NCBI GenBank assembly: GCA_021613535.1
Contig: CP075497.1
Coordinates: 9,948,585 to 10,012,584 of the forward strand
Direction: 5' to 3'
DNA from: Adineta vaga
Lineage: Eukaryota > Animalia > Rotifera
DNA: 64,000 bases
Every line of letters starts with the position of its first letter. Position 1 is the first letter of the stretch. The notes beneath the pieces were generated by a model. The model had not been told where the DNA came from and searched no databases. It was given only the letters and a program-made list of their open reading frames with translations. A program made the position numbers and the translations under genes. Below, one piece after another: positions 36,701 to 64,000 of this stretch.

Positions 36701-37540
36701 TTTGTTTCCGTTCTCTGTCAAATAGTTGACATAACTTCAAGATATTCAACTGTTTAGCTATAGTATTTTCTACTATCTCTATGTCTTCTATTTTTCTTTT
36801 TTCTTTCCCAGAACATAAATTTTTCTCTCGTCATTTGTTCCTTCCAATCGAATTAGCTTATTAGTTGTTGTTACCATAGCTATCATTGACGTAAGGCAAT
36901 GTTTCTTGCAGTCTTCGATTGAAATCTCCGATTATTGTAGGGATATTATCATCAACAATAATTACTATTCATGACCACAAATATACTTATTTTATTAGAC
37001 AACTTCTATAAATGTCATGATAAATAATAATTTCAAATATAGAAATTTATTTTTAGTTGATATTACTAAACTTTATTCAATTGTTTCCATTCTTGTTATT
37101 TATCAATTATTTAGATATCGACTATTGAAAAGTCGGTATAAAATAATAATAATATCCACTTTAATTACAAAAGATAGATTAGTTCTATTCTTTGATAAAA
37201 TCCATAATATATGATTTCGTCATTTTTATATTCTTTTTGTTTGTTTTAATGCCAGACAGATCAGACCTAATATTAGTAAAGCTGATTCAGGTTTATTATC
37301 TTAAAAGAACGTTTTATCAACAAAATTTCATTCACCGGAAGTAACAAGCATTAGTTCCGAAATTTTCAGAATGTAAAACAAATATAGAAAAGTAGAGGAG
37401 AAAAAAAACCAATCGGAAGTTAATCAGAAGTTGTTTTGATTGGCAAAATTCTAACATTATCGCTTGTGAGATTGTACAGATATCAGAAATTTGCTATTAT
37501 ATCAATCTTTTATTTAATAATACACCAGTTAGAAGAATTC

Positions 37541-37942
37541 CTACTGAACAGAATGAAATGCAACCCATGCAAAAACACCAAGTACAGTTAATATCGTCAA
37601 TACTGTCGTAATTTTGTGTGAGAGACGTTCAGCTGCATTGAATTCTTCTCGTTGAATCATACGACGTAATTGAATTGTTTTATACAGAGCCCAAATGGGT
37701 CCAATAAGAAAAAAACATAAGATCGTAAGAACTAATGCCCATGTGAAATGTACAGCTATGACAGGTGGTTTCAATTTGACGGCATTTTTCGGAAGTTTGG
37801 AAGTTTGTTCTCGTAATGGAGATTTTTTCTTTTGATCTGTATGTGAATGAGATTGAAAACGTTTTGCCTGAAGTTCTTTGGGAGATAATTGAACAGGTGA
37901 TATTCGATTTATAGAATCGAAATTTTCATGTGGCTCTGTCAT
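37541..37942 (-). CDS. Small two-TM membrane protein, CD225/dispanin-like. 133 aa, single exon.
   Basis: Hydrophilic N-terminus, then VIAVHFTWALVLTILCFFLIGPIWALY, a short loop and a second TM TTVLTILTVLGVFAWVAF. The spacing between TM1 and TM2 and the G..A...S pattern resemble IFITM/PRRT/TUSC5. Confidence 0.4.
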   Translation of the reverse strand: MTEPHENFDSINRISPVQLSPKELQAKRFQSHSHTDQKKKSPLREQTSKLPKNAVKLKPPVIAVHFTWALVLTILCFFLIGPIWALYKTIQLRRMIQREEFNAAERLSHKITTVLTILTVLGVFAWVAFHSVQ

Positions 37943-38565
37943 TTGTTATTTCTTTATTCAGCCTTTTGTTAATAAAAACAACAAAATAAACAGGAAAATA
38001 AAAAAAGTAGTGTTATGAGCGATTGCTTAGTGACGTAGAGGAAAAAAACAATTTCTCAATTCTTATGATTGTGATTACCGAATTGGAATGAAAGAAAGAA
38101 AGAAGAAAAAAACTTACAGTTAATTCTTCATTAAAAACATATCTTGTTGCAGAGCGCACATCGTTCTTACAAGAGAAAATCTGGGAATAAGGTGAGATGT
38201 TGCTGCTGCTTATAAAGTAAATATTATTCTATTGATTCATTGGTATTTTGTGACCTTATTTCTTATATTTGTACTTTTTTCATATATAACTTGCCTGTAG
38301 AAATCACGAACGAAAAAAGAAAGAGAAAAACAAATCGCACCAAATTATTAGACATGTGTTTTGATCATTCGTCAATATTTTTTTGTACTATAAAAAGAAA
38401 GTCTTCTGCAAGAGTATATCAATCGAAATGATGATTTCTCTTTTTGAATATTTTATCTTATTTTTATATTAAAAAAAACCACACGCACGCATACAAACAT
38501 ACAAAGCGAATTACATTCAGTGAATAAAGAAAAGAATAGATAGTTATCACCGATAAAACACACTG

Positions 38566-52144
<13,579 letters not shown>

Positions 52145-52735
52145 AAAATGAAGAATTTTTTAAAATACACATACATGTAAATAGTGATAAGCTTAATGAA
52201 TCATGAGAAAGTCATTTTTATTGGAGGAAAGAAATCAACCAATAGAATATCAAATAATTGATGAGTTAATTTGCTTTTTTCAAAGCAATATTGATGAAAG
52301 TTGTTTTTATTATTTCTGAAAGATAAATATTCAGTTAAAAATATATACCTGTTTCGATGTTATTTCTATACTTATTGACTAATCAATTTTTACAGTAAAG
52401 AAAGAATTAGTAATAGTAAGAACATTCCTTTGTACGAAAAAAAGAAAAAGAGATTTAAGTTCGAAATCATTGTTAAATTATTTGCTTTATATGAAACCCT
52501 TATTTCATGTTATTCTATATTTTCTAATAGAAACTCATTCCTTCAGTACATATATAACACATCAGACATATTTAACAATGAATGTTGTGCAGAAATATTT
52601 TTTAGTATGTTGATTCAATGAAACGCGTTTATTTATTGATATAAAAAAATACAGAAGAATTCTTTGTAGACTATATTCACAATCGAACGATGAGATTATA
52701 AAAATATAAAATGGAATTGATGTTTATATATGAGA

Positions 52736-55700
52736 TTATTTCAACGATTGTTTTGGTTTACGAATTTGAGGTGTAATTGTTTTCGTTGGAATCATTTGAA
52801 TATTTGATTCAGTTAAAATTCGATCAAGTACTTTTTCAAATTTTGCATCACCAACTTGTTCACCAATATGATATAATTTTAACATGTAATCCGAATGAAA
52901 AACATTACTATTATCCATAAAACGTTTATAATCAGTTTGAAGTAACTAATATTGAAAAGAAAAAGTCAATCGAAATGAAATTGTAACACAAATAACCTAC
53001 TCGAAAATCACTTTCAAGTCGAGCACGTGACGAGAATTCTCGTCGATAACGTTCTTCAGCTAATTTAATTCTAAATATATCAATACATTCGATTTTTTAT
53101 TATCATAGAAATCGTTTTACTTGTTATTTAATTCAGTAATTTCTTCTGCATGTCGTTGATTAATTATGTCGATATTTTGCATATGTTCTTTCGTTAATTC
53201 ACCTCGGAGTTTTTCCAACGCTTTTAATTCTCGTTCAGCATATTCAGCCTATTGAAAAATCACAGTACTGAGACAAGAAATGTGAATGAAATTTTTTTCT
53301 TCTTACATCTTTTTTAGCAATTAATTCTTGAGCAAATCGTTTTTTTTCTTCGAGAAATTCAAGTGCAAGTAATGAACGTAAACGATCTTCAGCTTGTTTT
53401 ACTGCCTGAAACAATGAATAAACGAAATTCATAATACGATTTTTTCAATATGAATTTCTTACAATAGCAAGTTGTTCATTAGCCAATTTCCATTGTCTGG
53501 CTAATGCTTCTTCACATTCAGCTCTCAATCGTTTGATTAATGCTTCTTCTTCGGCGCGATTTTTTTCGCGACGTAAACGTTCAAAATCTGCCATTATATC
53601 ATCAAATTCCTAAGAAAACAAATTCGAATGAATGTTTCTGTTATTCGACTAAAACCAAATTTACCTTTTTTAATCGACGTCGTTCTTCTTCTAATAGTTC
53701 TTTCCAATGTCGTGTGATTTCTTCCGTTTTTAATCGATATTCATTTTCCAATCGTCGTCGTTCAGCGTCAACTAATTGTTGATAAGTTTGTTGAATACGA
53801 CGTTCATTACTAACTTCCATTTGAAATAATAATTCATCACCAATTACTAAAAAAGAGATAATTAATCATAAATTATTCGTTCTTCTCACCATTAAATCAA
53901 GAATAAATCATCTTCAATTCAATCACAACAGATATATTGATAATGATCTTACCTGGAAAAATTTCATTTCTTATTCTAAAACTATGTTAATAGTGATTAA
54001 TATTGTGCATAAAATTAGTTTTTAATCAAAAACAATAAGAAAAAATAACATACCGAGAATATGTTCATGGGTAACTTGTTGAACTAATTCTTCTTTTGGA
54101 TGATAAAATCGATGCGAAACTTTTGTATCAAGTGGTACTGGTGGCCGACGCATTCGAATTGGTAGAAAACATCGTTTTGATCCACCGGTTGTATGTGGTC
54201 GGTCAGTTGAAAATCGAACAGCTTCGTAATGTGCTTGAGACATGTTATTCTATCTACAAAAATGTTCTTCTATTTTTTTAGAGTGCATATCGCACGAGAT
54301 AAAACGTCACTGATTTATGAAAAGAAAAAAAAAAGAAAATAAAGCCTGAGATCTATGAAAATAAACAATGTTTATGGATTCACGAAGGAAACTTGTCGAT
54401 CCGTTTGTTGATCATCATGAATAGAAAATCGACTTGGTTCATATCGATTTTGAAAATATTTATCAATAATACTATTAGCATCTTCAACTTCAATTGTATT
54501 TTTCACACATTTACGAATATCTTCCCAAATATTATCGGAAAATTTCGTTTCTGGATCAACATTTGTTTCTCGTTCTTGTAAAGATTGTCGAGACCAAGCA
54601 TTCCATATACGCATAGTACAATCAAGAGATACTGTAATATATTGTTTTCGTTCGGGAATGAATAAAACATCTCTACAATTACACAAAGAAATTCGAATTC
54701 ATTTTGAGAACATATTTTTCATACCGAATAACATCAGTATGTCCATCATTAGTTTGAACACATGTATAATCATCCATTTCAAAAACTTTTAACGTATCTT
54801 GATTACCAATTAAAATTGCTTTTTGAACATAATCAATTGCAATTGCATGTATACTTCCTCGTGTATTAATTGCTTGAAGTAATTGTCCATCTTTATTCTA
54901 AAAATTATATTGTAAAATATATGATTTTATTAAATGAAAAATCATTTACCCAAATTCGAAATTCTCCATTATCCATTCCTGTCACCCATTCATTTGTAAC
55001 AAAATTCCATTTAATACATGTCACTTCTGAATCTACTCGTGCTTTTAATTCATACATCAATGTCATTTCTGAACCTACAGAGGAAAATTTTCGTACATAA
55101 ACACACATATCACTTCCAGCTGCATAAGCAAAATATTTCAATTGTGGACTATAATCCATATTATGAATATATCCCATTGAAGCTGCTTCTACCATATCAA
55201 CATGTGTCGCATTTGGATTACTGTAAACATTATACAGTAAGTAATGATTTAAATCCCAAATACAAATACGTCGATCCCATCCAGCACTGAGAAGATAAAC
55301 ATTACCAAATGATTTCACATCATCAACAACTACTAATGAAGTGACAGGTTCGGTATGATTACTGAATATTTTAAGTAATGTAAAACCAACAACACGATTA
55401 GCAACTCCACCTTCTTAAATTTCGAAAAACAAAATTTCATAGAATTGACGAGGAAGAAGATTATCATCAATACCTTCTGTATGATTGTTTTCATCAGTAG
55501 ATTCTTCTTTCAATGTTTTTAAAGCTTGTAATGCTTCTAAATCAAATCCCCAAACATAAATATTTTTATCTTCACTAGCAGCTATAATTAAATCTAATTT
55601 TTCGACAAATATTATTCGAAGAATTGATTTTCCTGTTACTGTTTTCGTTAAATCTTTTAATGATTGTGGTTGATTTTGTTTATCTAAATGTTCGTATTGT

Positions 55701-57662
55701 GAAACATAACCACCAATACCACGTTCACGTTCAGCAATTTTTGCTGATGAACGTGAACGAACATAATATGCTGGTAAACGTTCACTAACAGTTTTAATAC
55801 GTTTACCAGATGCTGCTCGTTTCGAATTCGTTGTTGATATCTTTTCATCGTTATCATTCTTTCCTTGTTCATTTGTTTTGTTTTCTTTCTCTTTCACATT
55901 CGTAGTTGTTGTTGCACTTTTTGTTTCACCCAATGAAACAGCTTGAACTAAATATTCACTTATATCTTTTTTGCCATCGAGTTTTAGAAGACGATCTTTC
56001 GAATACATAATTCGATTAGATTGCATTTGTTCCCATTTGAAAACATTTCCTATTGATGAGACAGAAGATAGAGAGAATATTTTTTAATCAGATCTTTTTC
56101 TTAATATATCATCTGTTTAGTGTATCACAAAAAGAAATTATACAACTGTCACACACAAAGTAATTCGTTGAATTTCTACGCTCACCTTCAGTATCTCCTG
56201 TAAACATCTAATTAAGTAATTAGAAGAAGAAAATAGAATTCTGATGAACATGTAAGGAAAAGAGAGAAAGAGGTAATTATCTTACCAGTATCGGTGCTGT
56301 ACTTGTATAACATACATTTTCCAAAGGCGATTTAAGTCTTAAACATGATACACAACCACTATGATACAAATCATTAAGATAAAAAGTTTGAGAAAAGAAG
56401 AAATATGTTTAATAATTACGTTTTTTTATAGTACCATGCAAGAAATTGTTTAGTATTTGTCGAAGCAACAACAATATTCATTTCGGGTAGATATCGAAGA
56501 GAAACAAGACAATAATTTGGTTTATTTTTATCATTATCAGAATGTTTTTCATCAGCATTGAGAAATGTATCTTTTTGAATAGATACAAATTAATTCAAAT
56601 GATATGTAAAGAGATTTATTCTTACCTATAAAACTTGATACTTTCTCACCACTTTTTGGATCATAAACATCAGCATAATGTTGACCAGCAGCTGCGAATT
56701 ATTCATATATAAAATGGGCATAGTTTATTGAAATTTCAAAAACAATATCCTACCAATCCAAACTGTTTTTGTTGCATTTACAAAAGTTAATCCAGTGACT
56801 GCATATGAAAAGTCCGCAAATTTATACAAGGCTTTACCATCTAAACTCCAAACTTTCGCTGTTTTATCAAATGAACCTGTCATTAACCATTCACTATTAT
56901 CGATGGGATTTTTCTGTGCTATAATACATGTTATTCCAGCAGTATGAGCATTAACATTTTTCGATACAATAGGTGGCTTATTAGTTCGACATTCATATAT
57001 AATTAATTGTCCATCAAAACCGACAGAATATAATTTATCAAGCATTAAAATCCCAGTTGTTATATCTTTATGTTCAAATACTATACTCAATGGTGTTTCT
57101 CGAATAACTTGACCATTTGCAGGGTTGGTATCATATTCATGTAATTGAATACCTATTGATTCGCAGAAATCTCATTATTTAGAAAAAGATATCAGATTGA
57201 TATTTTACCGTTTGAAATACCGAAAATAATCTGTTTTAAACGAGAATGATAACAGATAGCGTATACTACCGAACCAATATTAAGTTTATCAATAACAGAA
57301 CCAATTCCTACATATCAAAACAATGTATGAATGGAAAAACTCTTCTTAATATCAATCTACCATTGTATGTGACAATTGTGGAATCATTACCAGCTGAGAA
57401 AAATACTCGAGCAGCAGCAAGTGAACTCAAAGCAGTAACCCAACCTTTATGTTTATAACAATGATGTATACGTTCACCTAAAGCAAATATATTTCTATAA
57501 AAATCTTTCGTACAAAGTTTAATTTTTACCTGTTTCATGATCAAATGTTTCTACCGAACCATCTTCAAAACCAAGAACTACCTCACGTCGTACTGGATTA
57601 CTTCCAATTGCTGTTACTTTGGATTTAATACTTTTAATATCCAAATAAGCCTCTAAAGCCAT
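52736..57662 (-). CDS. WD40-repeat protein with a C-terminal Arg/Glu-rich coiled coil. Multi-exon. CFAP57/WDR65-like ciliary protein is suggested but the identity is not secure.
   Basis: ATG at 57660-57662 (MALEAYLDIKSIKSKVTAIGSNPVRREVVLGFEDGSVETFDHET, donor CAG|gtaaaaatt). WD units such as HKGWVTALS...SAGNDSTIVTYNG and WLMTGSFDKTAKVWSL, plus IIAASEDKNIYVWGF. C-terminal exons give ...RRLENEYRLKTEEITRHWKELLEEERRRLKK / EFDDIMADFERLRREKNRAEEEALIKRLRAE... Stop at 52736. Confidence 0.65.
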
Positions 57663-57913
57663 TGATCTATATGAAATTCAAGAAAGAGTTTCTTTTCTAT
57701 TCTTTTGCATTTCAACAAAAATTAAAACTAATTTGTAAACAAACTTATTATTATTAAAAAGAAAAGTTTTGCTATAAAAATCTTCTAAATCTACGCAGAC
57801 ATGTTTAATTCTGTGTTAACAAGCACAAATATACATTTCAAGGGAAATAAAAAGAAGCAAATGATAGACAAATACAGTGAAAAACAAAGAGCACTTCAAC
57901 AAAAAAATATTAA

Positions 57914-60900
57914 TTAGATTCTTCTCCATCGAGATTTTCATCTGAATCCAACATCGAAGTTTTCGTTGAATCTGCTGTTAAAGGTCGACGATGTTCAATG
58001 CCTATTGAAAATACATTGATATGAACAAGAAATAATGGAGAACAAACAAATTACCTTTACTAGCTTGAGATTTCCATAAACTAAAAAGTAAAAATGTGAA
58101 TTCAAATAATAATTAAAGTTTAGTTCTTACGAATCATAAGTATGTTGAGAAATATCACCTGATGATAGTGGATTATTCGTGACTAACCCTCGAGTTCTAA
58201 AAACAAACCAAAAAGTTTTTTTCTTTCTCTTATTAAATACGTATTTCTATAGAATATCTATGAGAAGAAAATGAATTCGAGATGATATTCTGTAGAATAG
58301 AATATTTATTAACGAATTTCAAATCATTTCGAATTCATTCTCTTCTTGATATTAATAACAATATACAATAGATTTAATGAGAGTGAAACATTCAATAAAG
58401 AACGTGCGAAGGCGAACAAGAAATGGTATTTAGTGTGTTAGTTTTTTGCATACGTGCTTGCGTTCTTACCGAAGATGGACTAGAAAAAGAAATAATTTGA
58501 TGTTTTTTTTTGGTTAAATCGAACCAAAAATACTACATGTGTACACTCAGAAAAGCAGATTAGCTGAGAGAAAAACATTCAATAATACATACGAAATTTG
58601 TGGCAAATGAACATTAGATGTTTTCCTCGGTGGATTGGTATGTAATGTCGTAAATGTATCAGTTTCATCATCATCGTCCTAAATTTTAAAATAATAAAAG
58701 TTTTAAAATATGATCTTTGTTTACTTGAGTATCGACAGATTGTCGAGATGGTTGAAATACTTGGGCGATTGTGCTAACACCTGGTGTGTGTCCTTTTGTT
58801 GAAGATTCATGTAGTTTTTGATCAATAATTCGTTTTTTATCTGTTAAATTTGATGAACGAGGTGGTACTGAACTTTCCGATTCACTGAAAAAAAGAGATC
58901 ACATCTGTTTTTTGCATCTATGATCTTACCTGTCAGAACGAGTAGGATTTGTTGTTTTAACAAGTGGCTGTCGAGCAAGAGCAGATATAGTACTTTCTCC
59001 ATGATCATGTTTCGTTTTTGATGAAGCTGTTGTTGGAAGTCGACGTTGTTCTGTTGGAGTTCGAGATGTTGAATGTTTGTCACGTTGTTGATCTTCAAAT
59101 GTAACTAATTTACTACCAGTTGAACGTATCGATGTAATGCTACGTCGAACATCAAGTCGTTCATTGACTAATTTTTCTAATGTTCGACTTATATCGGCAC
59201 GAATACGTTCAAATTCAGGTAAATCCTAAGAAAAAGAAATAAATCATGCAATGATTTTTAGTAATTAGAAAAAATCGTCTTTTACATTTTGAATATTTCG
59301 TCGTGTTTGTAGAGCACTTTCCATTTTAGTTCGATAATCTAGATCAGTTAGACGAGTATCATTCTACAATGAAATCAGTTAGTAGTAATTCATTTTGAAG
59401 TAAAAATCTTATTACTTCTGATATGCCGAGATTTTCTTCATCTTGGAGTTCATCATTAAATTGTTTTCTTGCTTCATCACGATATTTTGTTAAAAATTTT
59501 GGATTTTCTCTCAATCGTCCAACAAGATTTGGACAATAATTAGCTAATATAATTTCTGTCGTCTGTATTGGTCGAGTTGGTCGAGTTGGAACTGGTGAAT
59601 CAGTTGAACGTGCTGATGGAATAGGTGATTTACGGTCAGTAGTTGGTGGTGGCGGATTTTGAGATTGATTATTTGTTTGTTGAAGTTCTTCTTGAAGTTT
59701 CTTTCGAAGTAATTTTTCTTCATTATATCGCTAAATAGATTCAATGAATGTCATAAGATTATAAAAGATTGGTATGACTTACATTCTGATAACTAATTAG
59801 TTCTTCTGATAGACGAGTTGAATTTCCGGAAGTACCTTGAAGTAATCGTAGATTTTCTTTGAGATTAACTATTTCTTTTAGAAGCTAAATAGAAAGAATT
59901 CAGAGATGATTAAATACAAGTGAAAGTGAAGATTTACATTTTCATTTTCACGTTCAATACGTTGTCGTAATTTTTGTTCTTTTTTTAAATCGGATTCAGT
60001 TTGTTGAAGTAATTGTTTCTATACATATATATATATATATATACGTAACATAAATTCTAAAGAAACTTGAAATAAGAGATAATTTACCAATTGTTCAATA
60101 TCAGCTCGTAAACTTCTGTTTTCCTTTAAGAGTTCAGAAACTCCAGCATCTCTTCGTTGAGGTGATGGCGAACGTGTATGGCCATTCTTCAAAATACAAG
60201 ACAAAGTATCGAATGAGAAAGTTTTTGGTGTTTAATTTAATATTACTGTTTTCATTAATGAAAATCGATCGTCTAAAATCGTTAATCGAGTTGTTAATGC
60301 ATGAATTTCTTCCTAGAATGAGTTTAATAAGTCAAATATTCTTGAATAAAGTGCAAGGATATTACTTTTAGTTGACGATTATGTGTCTCACGATCACGAA
60401 TTTTTTCTTCGTCAACTGCCTAAAAGAATCAAATTCGATTGAAATAGTTATTCAATCTTGCATGTCATGTTTCGATCAACAATATATGGTGATTTCTAAG
60501 ATGCTCTTATTTATAGTCAATGTTTGATTGTAGCTTTAAATCAATTGATAAGCACTTCTATTCACATTATCAATTTCATGCGAAAATGTATCGTTTTCAA
60601 TTAACAAGAGCGAAAAACACTATTACTTACTATCGTATAATTTATACTAAAATACAGCGAAAAATTTTCGAGCAAAATCATACTAAATATCGATCTTTCA
60701 AACAGTTTATTGTCTGAACTTACCAGATTAGTAATACGAACAACTATTGATTAGAATGTTTCTTTCATTTATCATCTCATTATTTTTATAAACACATATT
60801 CTAAGAATATGGTTAAAAATTTGTGTACATACTTTCTGAACTTTGATCAATTGTAATTCATTTTCTTTTTTATTTAATTCATCTTTAAGACGTTGAATTT

Positions 60901-61861
60901 CTTTTTCAACATCAACATCACGTTCACGTCGTTTATTTGGATCATAATGTGGATGACGACGAGTCATATGTGCTTCTAAATAAGCTATACTTAAGAATGC
61001 ATGTGTACAAACAGGACACTATACAAATAAGATATATACAATTATTTCACGTAAAGAGATGAAATAATTACTGTGTGATAATTTGAATTCTGTGCCATTA
61101 ACATTCGTTGTTGAGTTTCAAGCATTTTTCGTCGTTTTTTTGATTCTTTTTTTGTTTCTAGTAATTCATTTTTTAGTTTTTCTATTTCTCGTCGTGTATC
61201 TTCATGTTCCTAATTGAATTTTAAATGAAAAACATTCATCAAACAAAATGAAATACACTGTTAGAACATACATGAAAACTTTTATTTTTTATTTGTTCAT
61301 AATCTCCTAATTGAACAGTAATTTGATCTTGACAAAGCTAGATGAAATAGAAAATTTCGATTGTAATAATTAAAACAACTGAAAGAAAAGACAAACCAGA
61401 AGATATTCAATTGTTAATTGAGCCATTTTATACAATTTTATAAAATTTGGATCCATAGCTCTTGTGTCCTTTTATGTATTTTTGATTATTTATATCAAGA
61501 TATTTGATCTACCAAATGAAAACTTACAATTTCAGTTTCGATGTTACATAATGTGATTTGATCGAGATTATCTTGTAATGCTTGAAAATCCATTTCTCGT
61601 GAAATACGATCCACATCAACTGCCGCTAGAATCAAAAGATATCATATCTTTGTGTTCAAATTTATCTCGTATACCTAATCGACGCCAATCAATCTTTTCA
61701 TTTCGTTTAAGAAATACTCCTGCTTGATTAGATTGTTGATGAGATGGACTCAAATAAAGATGATTCATATCATAACTAGGTAGTGGTCGTTGAGGTGTCA
61801 TTGCTGTTGAATAATAGTTAGTTTGCATGATTGACACCTGATTAATCCTGATCGTAAAAGA
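57914..61861 (-). CDS. DZIP1: DZIP1 (DAZ-interacting zinc-finger protein 1 / Iguana)-like ciliary basal-body protein. Multi-exon.
   Basis: N-terminal Dzip-like domain VFLKRNEKIDWRRLAAVDVDRISREMDFQALQDNLDQITLCNIETEI|gtaagt matches DZIP1 [38 protein letters not shown]. A single C2H2 finger CPVCTHAFLSIAYLEAHMTRRHPHYD is followed by coiled coil (KEIQRLKDELNKKENELQLIKVQK|gtatgt) and a Ser/Pro-rich tail. Stop TAA at 57914-57916. Alternative upstream ATGs exist at 61921 and 61957. Confidence 0.75.
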
Positions 61862-62238
61862 ACACTCTACAATTGAAAAGTACCCGCCATATTCTTCTAT
61901 TGTTGTACAAAGCGTTTCCATCGAAACGATTACAATGATAAATTCAAAGTCAGTCAAATGAAAAAGATTTCAATCTTCGTTAAAAGAATTATTGAAATAA
62001 ATAAAATTTGAGATTTGAAAATTTTTTAAACGATAAGACGGATTAGATGTCGCTAGTTGCCTACATGATCTTGAAACCGGTTGTATTCAGGAAGATAAGA
62101 GATAGAGAAAAAGACTTATTTGCAGTATATTTGTCAAAATAAGCAAAGACTATTACGTGTAATCTTCATTTTTGTTTCACTTTAAATACAAAAACAACAA
62201 TCAGTTTTTCGTACGTTTTTCTTTGAATATCGACAATC

Positions 62239-64000
62239 ATGTTGAGTCATTCCGCTCATCTCTATCTGCTAGGTATTACTAGTCTAATTGTAAGTAATCT
62301 CGTATTACTTCATGTATGTTGAACACGTAATTTTCTTCAATTAAAGATATCCGTAAACTGCAATCAATTCTTTTATAATTCATTGGATTCAACACTTAAC
62401 CCTGATGTTATAATTAGAAACTGTACAATTGGAACACCGTGTTCCGATTCTATTAATGCTACTTCTGTACATTATTATGCTGTACAATATTCTTTCACGC
62501 CATCAACGGTAAGATATATACACGGGAATAAAATATGTTTTAGTAAACTATAGAATGATCTTCTATGAAAGTTCTATTTTTCTTTTCATTTATCAACAGA
62601 CTGTACGTGTAACAACCGATATGAAATATAACATTACACAAAATGCTCCAATTTTAGTTGTTGTTCGACAAGTTCTTGGGATTATATCATGGACACTTCC
62701 CTATGCTTTTTCTAATGGGTAGAACTCATTCATTCAAACTATTATCTTTTTTATTGAGTTGTGTATTGTTTGTTTAGAATGATTTATTCTAGTGTTGCTC
62801 GTATATTATGTTTACATAATGAAATCAATCGTACTCATCCACATACTAGTACTATTTTTATTGAAATATCCACGTCAAATACAAATTTAATTGACTATTC
62901 TATTCTATTGGAAAATGTAACAGAATACTCACTTCAGTAAATGAGAATGATTACACTTGATACTTAATTCGTTGTTCATTTGTTTTTGAAAATTTAGAGC
63001 AGATGTTAAAACACAATTTATGGTTTCTCCATCGAAACCTGTTTATTATAACTATAAATTTCCACCGGAGATTGATAGTGTTTTTATAGAAATTCAATCC
63101 AAAGATGATCTATGTACAAGTGTATCTGTTCAATCATTTTATTGTCCGGTTTATGATGTAAATGAAATTGGTATTCGACAAGGACATTATCAAACGATGT
63201 CTCGAAGTGCTTCATTTAATGTTTATGTAAGAAATTCATTTCGATTTAACAAAACAAACTCTTTTCATTTGTTTTTAGTCAGATGAATTTATTAATCGAA
63301 ATGACGTTCTTGTTGTTTTTTCTGTTAAACCAACGGATGCTGATTGTTTATATTATAAAGAATCTGCTATGATACAACCTGGTTTGTATAATCATTTCAA
63401 ATACCACTTTATCTGTATTCATTTCAATTTAGCGGGTGTTATCGATGTTCAACGAATGAAAAATATAACAGTTACAATTCATTCCACTAGTTATTGTATG
63501 AAAAGAAGTGTATTGAAATTTTCCAACCATTTATTGATTTTATTGAATAGATAATTATCTACTTATAACTATTGCTCTTACAGTGGTCTTATTTATAATT
63601 ATATATGTAATTGCGTTTACTATTATGTGCAAAAATATTGATATTTAGTAAGCATATTCTTTTGTTTTTCTATATATGCAAAGGTTTTAAATTTTTCATT
63701 GATTTTATTTCATAGTGATAAGTTAGGTCCAGATAATTTACGTACGTATTTCTGTCTTGTAATTTTGTTGAAAATGAAATTTATCTTTGACTATAGCATT
63801 GTTAAAACAACAGACTGAACGTGAACTTACTGGTTTGTATCGATGAATGAAATATTGATTATTTGAAATTTAATTTGAATTGTAGAACATCGACCAAGTG
63901 ACCAACAAAATGAAACATCTGAAAGTGAAGAGAACGTTACTGGATCGAATGGACATCAGCTTGAACGTCAAATAACGAATGTTGATGTTATTGAAATATC
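62239..64000 (+). CDS. SID-1 transmembrane family (SIDT1/2-like) gene. 5' portion with at least 9 exons, continuing beyond the window.
   Basis: Exon 1 MLSHSAHLYLLGITSLI|gtaagt is a signal peptide. APILVVVRQVLGIISWTLPYAFSNG matches SIDT1 PVLVVVRQQKEVLSWQVPLLFQG. FMVSPSKPVYYNYKFPPEIDSVFIEIQSKDDLCTSVSVQSFYCPVYDVNEIGIRQGHYQTMSRSASFNVY matches [50 protein letters not shown]...GVYQSMTKKAAITL. LVVFSVKPTDADC and the first TM exon NYLLITIALTVVLFIIIYVIAF follow. Confidence 0.75.

Overview
This window is AT-rich (about 30% GC) nuclear DNA from a metazoan, not a prokaryote. Genes are split by very short GT-AG introns (about 35-80 nt, a few 0.5-1 kb). Introns start GTAAGT/GTATGT and end in a polypyrimidine tract plus AG. 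Almost every gene is on the minus strand. The genes, all recognised from translated ORFs and hand-traced splice junctions, are these. A giant low-complexity Shroom-like gene with a C-terminal ASD2 domain lies at ~2.2-9.9 kb (-). A lone 5S rRNA gene sits at 15.22 kb (+) inside a ~7 kb gene-poor stretch. A divergent protein-kinase-like exon is at 17.1-18.1 kb (+). There is an unknown single-exon protein at 18.6-19.4 kb (-) and an AMN1-like LRR protein at 19.8-20.7 kb (-). An N-acetylglucosamine-kinase-like 6-exon gene lies at 20.97-22.38 kb (-). A Q/N/S/H/Y-rich prion-like protein is at 22.8-23.8 kb (-). HGS/Hrs (VHS-FYVE-UIM-coiled coil-LISFD clathrin box) is at 26.24-29.73 kb (-). Leucine carboxyl methyltransferase 1 (LCMT1) is at 29.79-30.77 kb (-), only 59 nt upstream of the Hrs ATG. 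A signal-peptide secreted protein with dibasic sites is at 33.0-33.7 kb (-). A small 2-TM CD225/dispanin-like protein is at 37.5-37.9 kb (-). A full-length Furry (FRY) homolog spans 38.57-52.14 kb (-). A WD40 plus coiled-coil (CFAP57/WDR65-like) gene is at 52.74-57.66 kb (-). A DZIP1 (Iguana)-like zinc-finger ciliary gene is at 57.91-61.86 kb (-). The 5' part of a SID-1/SIDT transmembrane family gene runs from 62.24 kb to the window end (+). The gene set (Shroom, DZIP1, SIDT, Furry) and the compact introns suggest a lophotrochozoan, possibly a parasitic flatworm, but the organism cannot be fixed from sequence alone. Note that the supplied ORF track uses alternative start codons (TTG/GTG rendered as M) and includes the stop codon in its coordinates. 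No CRISPR arrays, prokaryotic operons, tRNAs or obvious intact transposons were found.
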